Of a stretch of 64,000 bases of DNA, positions 62,099 to 64,000 are shown in pieces (position 1 is the stretch's first letter; each line of letters starts with the position of its first letter). The notes under the pieces were generated by a model. The model was not told the origin of the DNA. It saw only the letters and a program-made list of their open reading frames with translations, and did not search any database. Source of the stretch: Candidatus Nealsonbacteria bacterium. GTDB taxonomy: Bacteria > Patescibacteriota > Minisyncoccia > Minisyncoccales > UBA6532. The stretch spans positions 105,256-169,255 of the forward strand of contig JACPLN010000005.1 of the NCBI GenBank assembly GCA_016186485.1, read 5' to 3'. The position numbers were made by a program, and so were the translations under genes.

Positions 62099-63697
62099 TT
62101 AGTGAATTTCTTCTTTTTTCTCTTTTAGAAAATAGCGCCATTGTTCCAAGAATTCAACGAACACCTGGAAAGGCAGATCTATCAATGAATTGAAAATTAT
62201 TACAACGGCATTGTATCTTTCCCATTGATGAGAAAGCCATTTGCCAACCCTTATAATGGGCAAAGAGAAAAAATCAATCACAAGGTTTAAAAACCTTTCT
62301 TTTCCTTCTTCAATCACCAACTCTTTTGCCCTTTGCCTTAATTTTACTCCGGCATAAGAAATTAAGGTCAAGAACAAAAGGAATATCCCCATAGATAATA
62401 TGCCGAAATTCAGCTCTTTTAACGCCCAGATTACGACTCCAAAAGATCCCATAAATCCAAGGGTATAGAAGAAGGCAATGATAATTCTCAGGGCTGTTCC
62501 TCTTTTCGCCGGCTTTTTGATTTCATAAATATCCTTACTTTCTCTTTCGTAGGTAATTTTAAAAACTTCCATAATAACCTTTTGCAGGTTTGATTTTTTA
62601 GGCGTTCTTATTGTTGATACCAGAAGAAACATAAGCAAAGGAGGCATAATAATATTGATGAGCAGAACTCTATAGCTGAATTCGCCAGTTATATACATAT
62701 CAAAAGGAATTTCAATAATTAATGCCGAAAAAATCTTAGTTATAAATATAGAAAGAGTGCTGTAAAAAGCAGCTCTTGCCAGCCTCTTTTTGAGTTTTGA
62801 AAATCTTTCGCCGTATGCTTCTTTTGCCGCATTTTCTAAAAATTCCGGATTTTGAATATTGTGGGCCTCTGCCGGATTTTTAGATATGATGTCGCCCAAA
62901 ATGAGGTAAGAAGTATCGTATTTTTCGCACAGCTGATAAAACCTTTCTGACCAGGGATGAGAAATAGCCTTTTCTATTTTTGATTTTAATTCCAGGATAT
63001 TTTGAGATATTTCCCCGAGAGTGTTTTCTTCCGGTTTATCCCAGTCTAAGTACAGCTTTTTAAACAGGTGATAAACGATTGTCGGAGTATCAAGCTTAAA
63101 AAGAGCTCTTTGGCAAGCAATATAAGTTTGAAGATTTTTTTCTTCTTCGGTTAACCCTCCAAAAACCAGGATTCCTTCTTTTGTCCGGATCCTTTCCTTC
63201 ATCAAAGCAGTCATATAGTCAATTATCGCCCCCTCTCTTATTGGAGGAGCAAGGCAAGCTTCTATTTCTGAGGCAGCGATTGCGGAAATCCAGTTAAAAA
63301 TATCTGCTTTTTGATTTTGCGATTTGCGAGAAACGCCATCAATGATATAAACGTATTTGTTTATGATCGTATTTATTTCCCCGATTTTAGTTTGGGGGAG
63401 ATTATCGTTTGGAAAATGGCCTCCGCGTATAAGTTCCATTACAAGAGCCTCGGCAATAATTTCTCCATCTTTCTTTAGGGTTAGCCTTCTTCTTAAAATT
63501 CTTTCTATTGCCGATTTTCTTAAGAGGTGTTCTTCTCGCCATTCAATAACCCCCCTTATTTTTTCATAGAAAGAAGCTACGCCGGAAGCCACCTCATCAA
63601 CATGAATTTTAGGGATACCTTCCGGCGGAGTAAGCATTTGAGACCAATATTGATAGCGCTCAATTAATTGTTTTGTTGGTTGAGATATTTCTGACAT
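62099..63697 (-). CDS. Hypothetical membrane protein (532 aa; soluble N-terminal ~330 aa plus C-terminal TM bundle)
   Basis: Long ORF whose start overlaps the thrS 3' end by 38 nt. No family recognised. Confidence 0.6.
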   Translation of the reverse strand: MSEISQPTKQLIERYQYWSQMLTPPEGIPKIHVDEVASGVASFYEKIRGVIEWREEHLLRKSAIERILRRRLTLKKDGEIIAEALVMELIRGGHFPNDNLPQTKIGEINTIINKYVYIIDGVSRKSQNQKADIFNWISAIAASEIEACLAPPIREGAIIDYMTALMKERIRTKEGILVFGGLTEEEKNLQTYIACQRALFKLDTPTIVYHLFKKLYLDWDKPEENTLGEISQNILELKSKIEKAISHPWSERFYQLCEKYDTSYLILGDIISKNPAEAHNIQNPEFLENAAKEAYGERFSKLKKRLARAAFYSTLSIFITKIFSALIIEIPFDMYITGEFSYRVLLINIIMPPLLMFLLVSTIRTPKKSNLQKVIMEVFKITYERESKDIYEIKKPAKRGTALRIIIAFFYTLGFMGSFGVVIWALKELNFGILSMGIFLLFLTLISYAGVKLRQRAKELVIEEGKERFLNLVIDFFSLPIIRVGKWLSHQWERYNAVVIIFNSLIDLPFQVFVEFLEQWRYFLKEKKEEIH

Positions 63698-64000
63698 ATT
63701 CTATAAATTTGTTTAATTTCATGGGTCCCATGTCGCCCTTGCCTCTTTCCCTTATTCTAACCGATTTTGTCTTTATTTCCTCGTCGCCAACAACAGCTAG
63801 GTAGGGTATTTTTTGCATTTCTCCTTCCCTTATTTTCTTTGAAACAGTTTCATTTTCATATTTTACCGTGACACGAAATCCTTTATCTGAGATCTGATCC
63901 CCGATTTCTTTGGCGTATTTTTCGTGTTTTGAGCCAACCGGAATTATCCAAACCTGTTCGGGGGAAAGCCACAGGGGCAAGGCTCCGGCGAAGTGTTCCA
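63660..64000 (-). CDS. thrS: Threonine--tRNA ligase, C-terminal anticodon-binding part (5' end outside window)
   Basis: The frame is open to the window edge. EHFAGALPLWLSPEQVWIIPV...KIREGEMQKIPYLAVVGDEE is typical of a ThrRS C-terminus. Confidence 0.85.
   Translation of the reverse strand, partial: EHFAGALPLWLSPEQVWIIPVGSKHEKYAKEIGDQISDKGFRVTVKYENETVSKKIREGEMQKIPYLAVVGDEEIKTKSVRIRERGKGDMGPMKLNKFIEYVRNISTNKTIN

Overview
This is a gene-dense, AT-rich window. It has short or overlapping intergenic gaps and many near-consensus sigma70-type promoters (TTGACA-16/17 nt-TATAAT-like). The housekeeping proteins are reduced in size: PheT lacks the OB-fold insert, and Pgk and RecJ are short. Several enzymes are archaeal-type (ApgM, PdaD, PyrH-like). 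There is one 2366-aa surface protein. From this I infer a reduced-genome bacterium of the Patescibacteria/CPR kind; that assignment is inference, not a database result.

Housekeeping content, in order:
- pheS (partial), pheT, gyrB, secE-nusG-rplK
- a dTMP block (dCMP deaminase, tmk, thyX)
- an M24 peptidase, gatB, a PyrH-like kinase, miaA, murJ, lepA
- tRNA-Gly(CCC), tRNA-Thr(CGU), efp, thpR, murC, apgM, murB
- a PurD-like ATP-grasp gene with pdaD, secA, secD, secF, metK, pgk, a recJ-like gene
- an NAD salvage block (nadK, pncA, nadE, pncB), rnhA, RNase P RNA on the minus strand, and thrS (partial)

I saw no rRNA, CRISPR array, transposase or integrase.

Observations worth a second look:
1. 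A three-copy family of unassignable ~225-240 aa proteins (36818, 38085, 55518). Their DNA has near-identical ends and divergent or mosaic cores. The shared ends are the promoter/TTG start and a ~145-nt 3' block holding a GC palindrome plus terminator.
2. Three housekeeping genes carry a displaced relic of their own terminus on the far side of a small accessory insertion: the gatB 3' end with a relBE-like pair, the murC 5' end with a DUF5317-like membrane gene, and the secA 3' zinc-finger with a nucleotidyltransferase. This suggests a recurrent terminus-replacing insertion process with no recombinase visible.
3. A 956-bp cassette flanked by perfect 45-bp direct repeats encodes a protein built from near-identical 99-bp (33-aa) tandem repeats. 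The left junction completes a -10 hexamer.
4. A ~335-nt promoter-to-terminator unit with no credible ORF (14369..14703) that I could not assign to any RNA family.
5. NNNAAAA-type heptanucleotide tandem arrays sit in frame inside gatB, murC (twice), murB and lepA.
6. A soluble coupling-protein-like ATPase with a C-terminal zinc ribbon lies in a tight operon with a separate membrane protein and an HTH protein.
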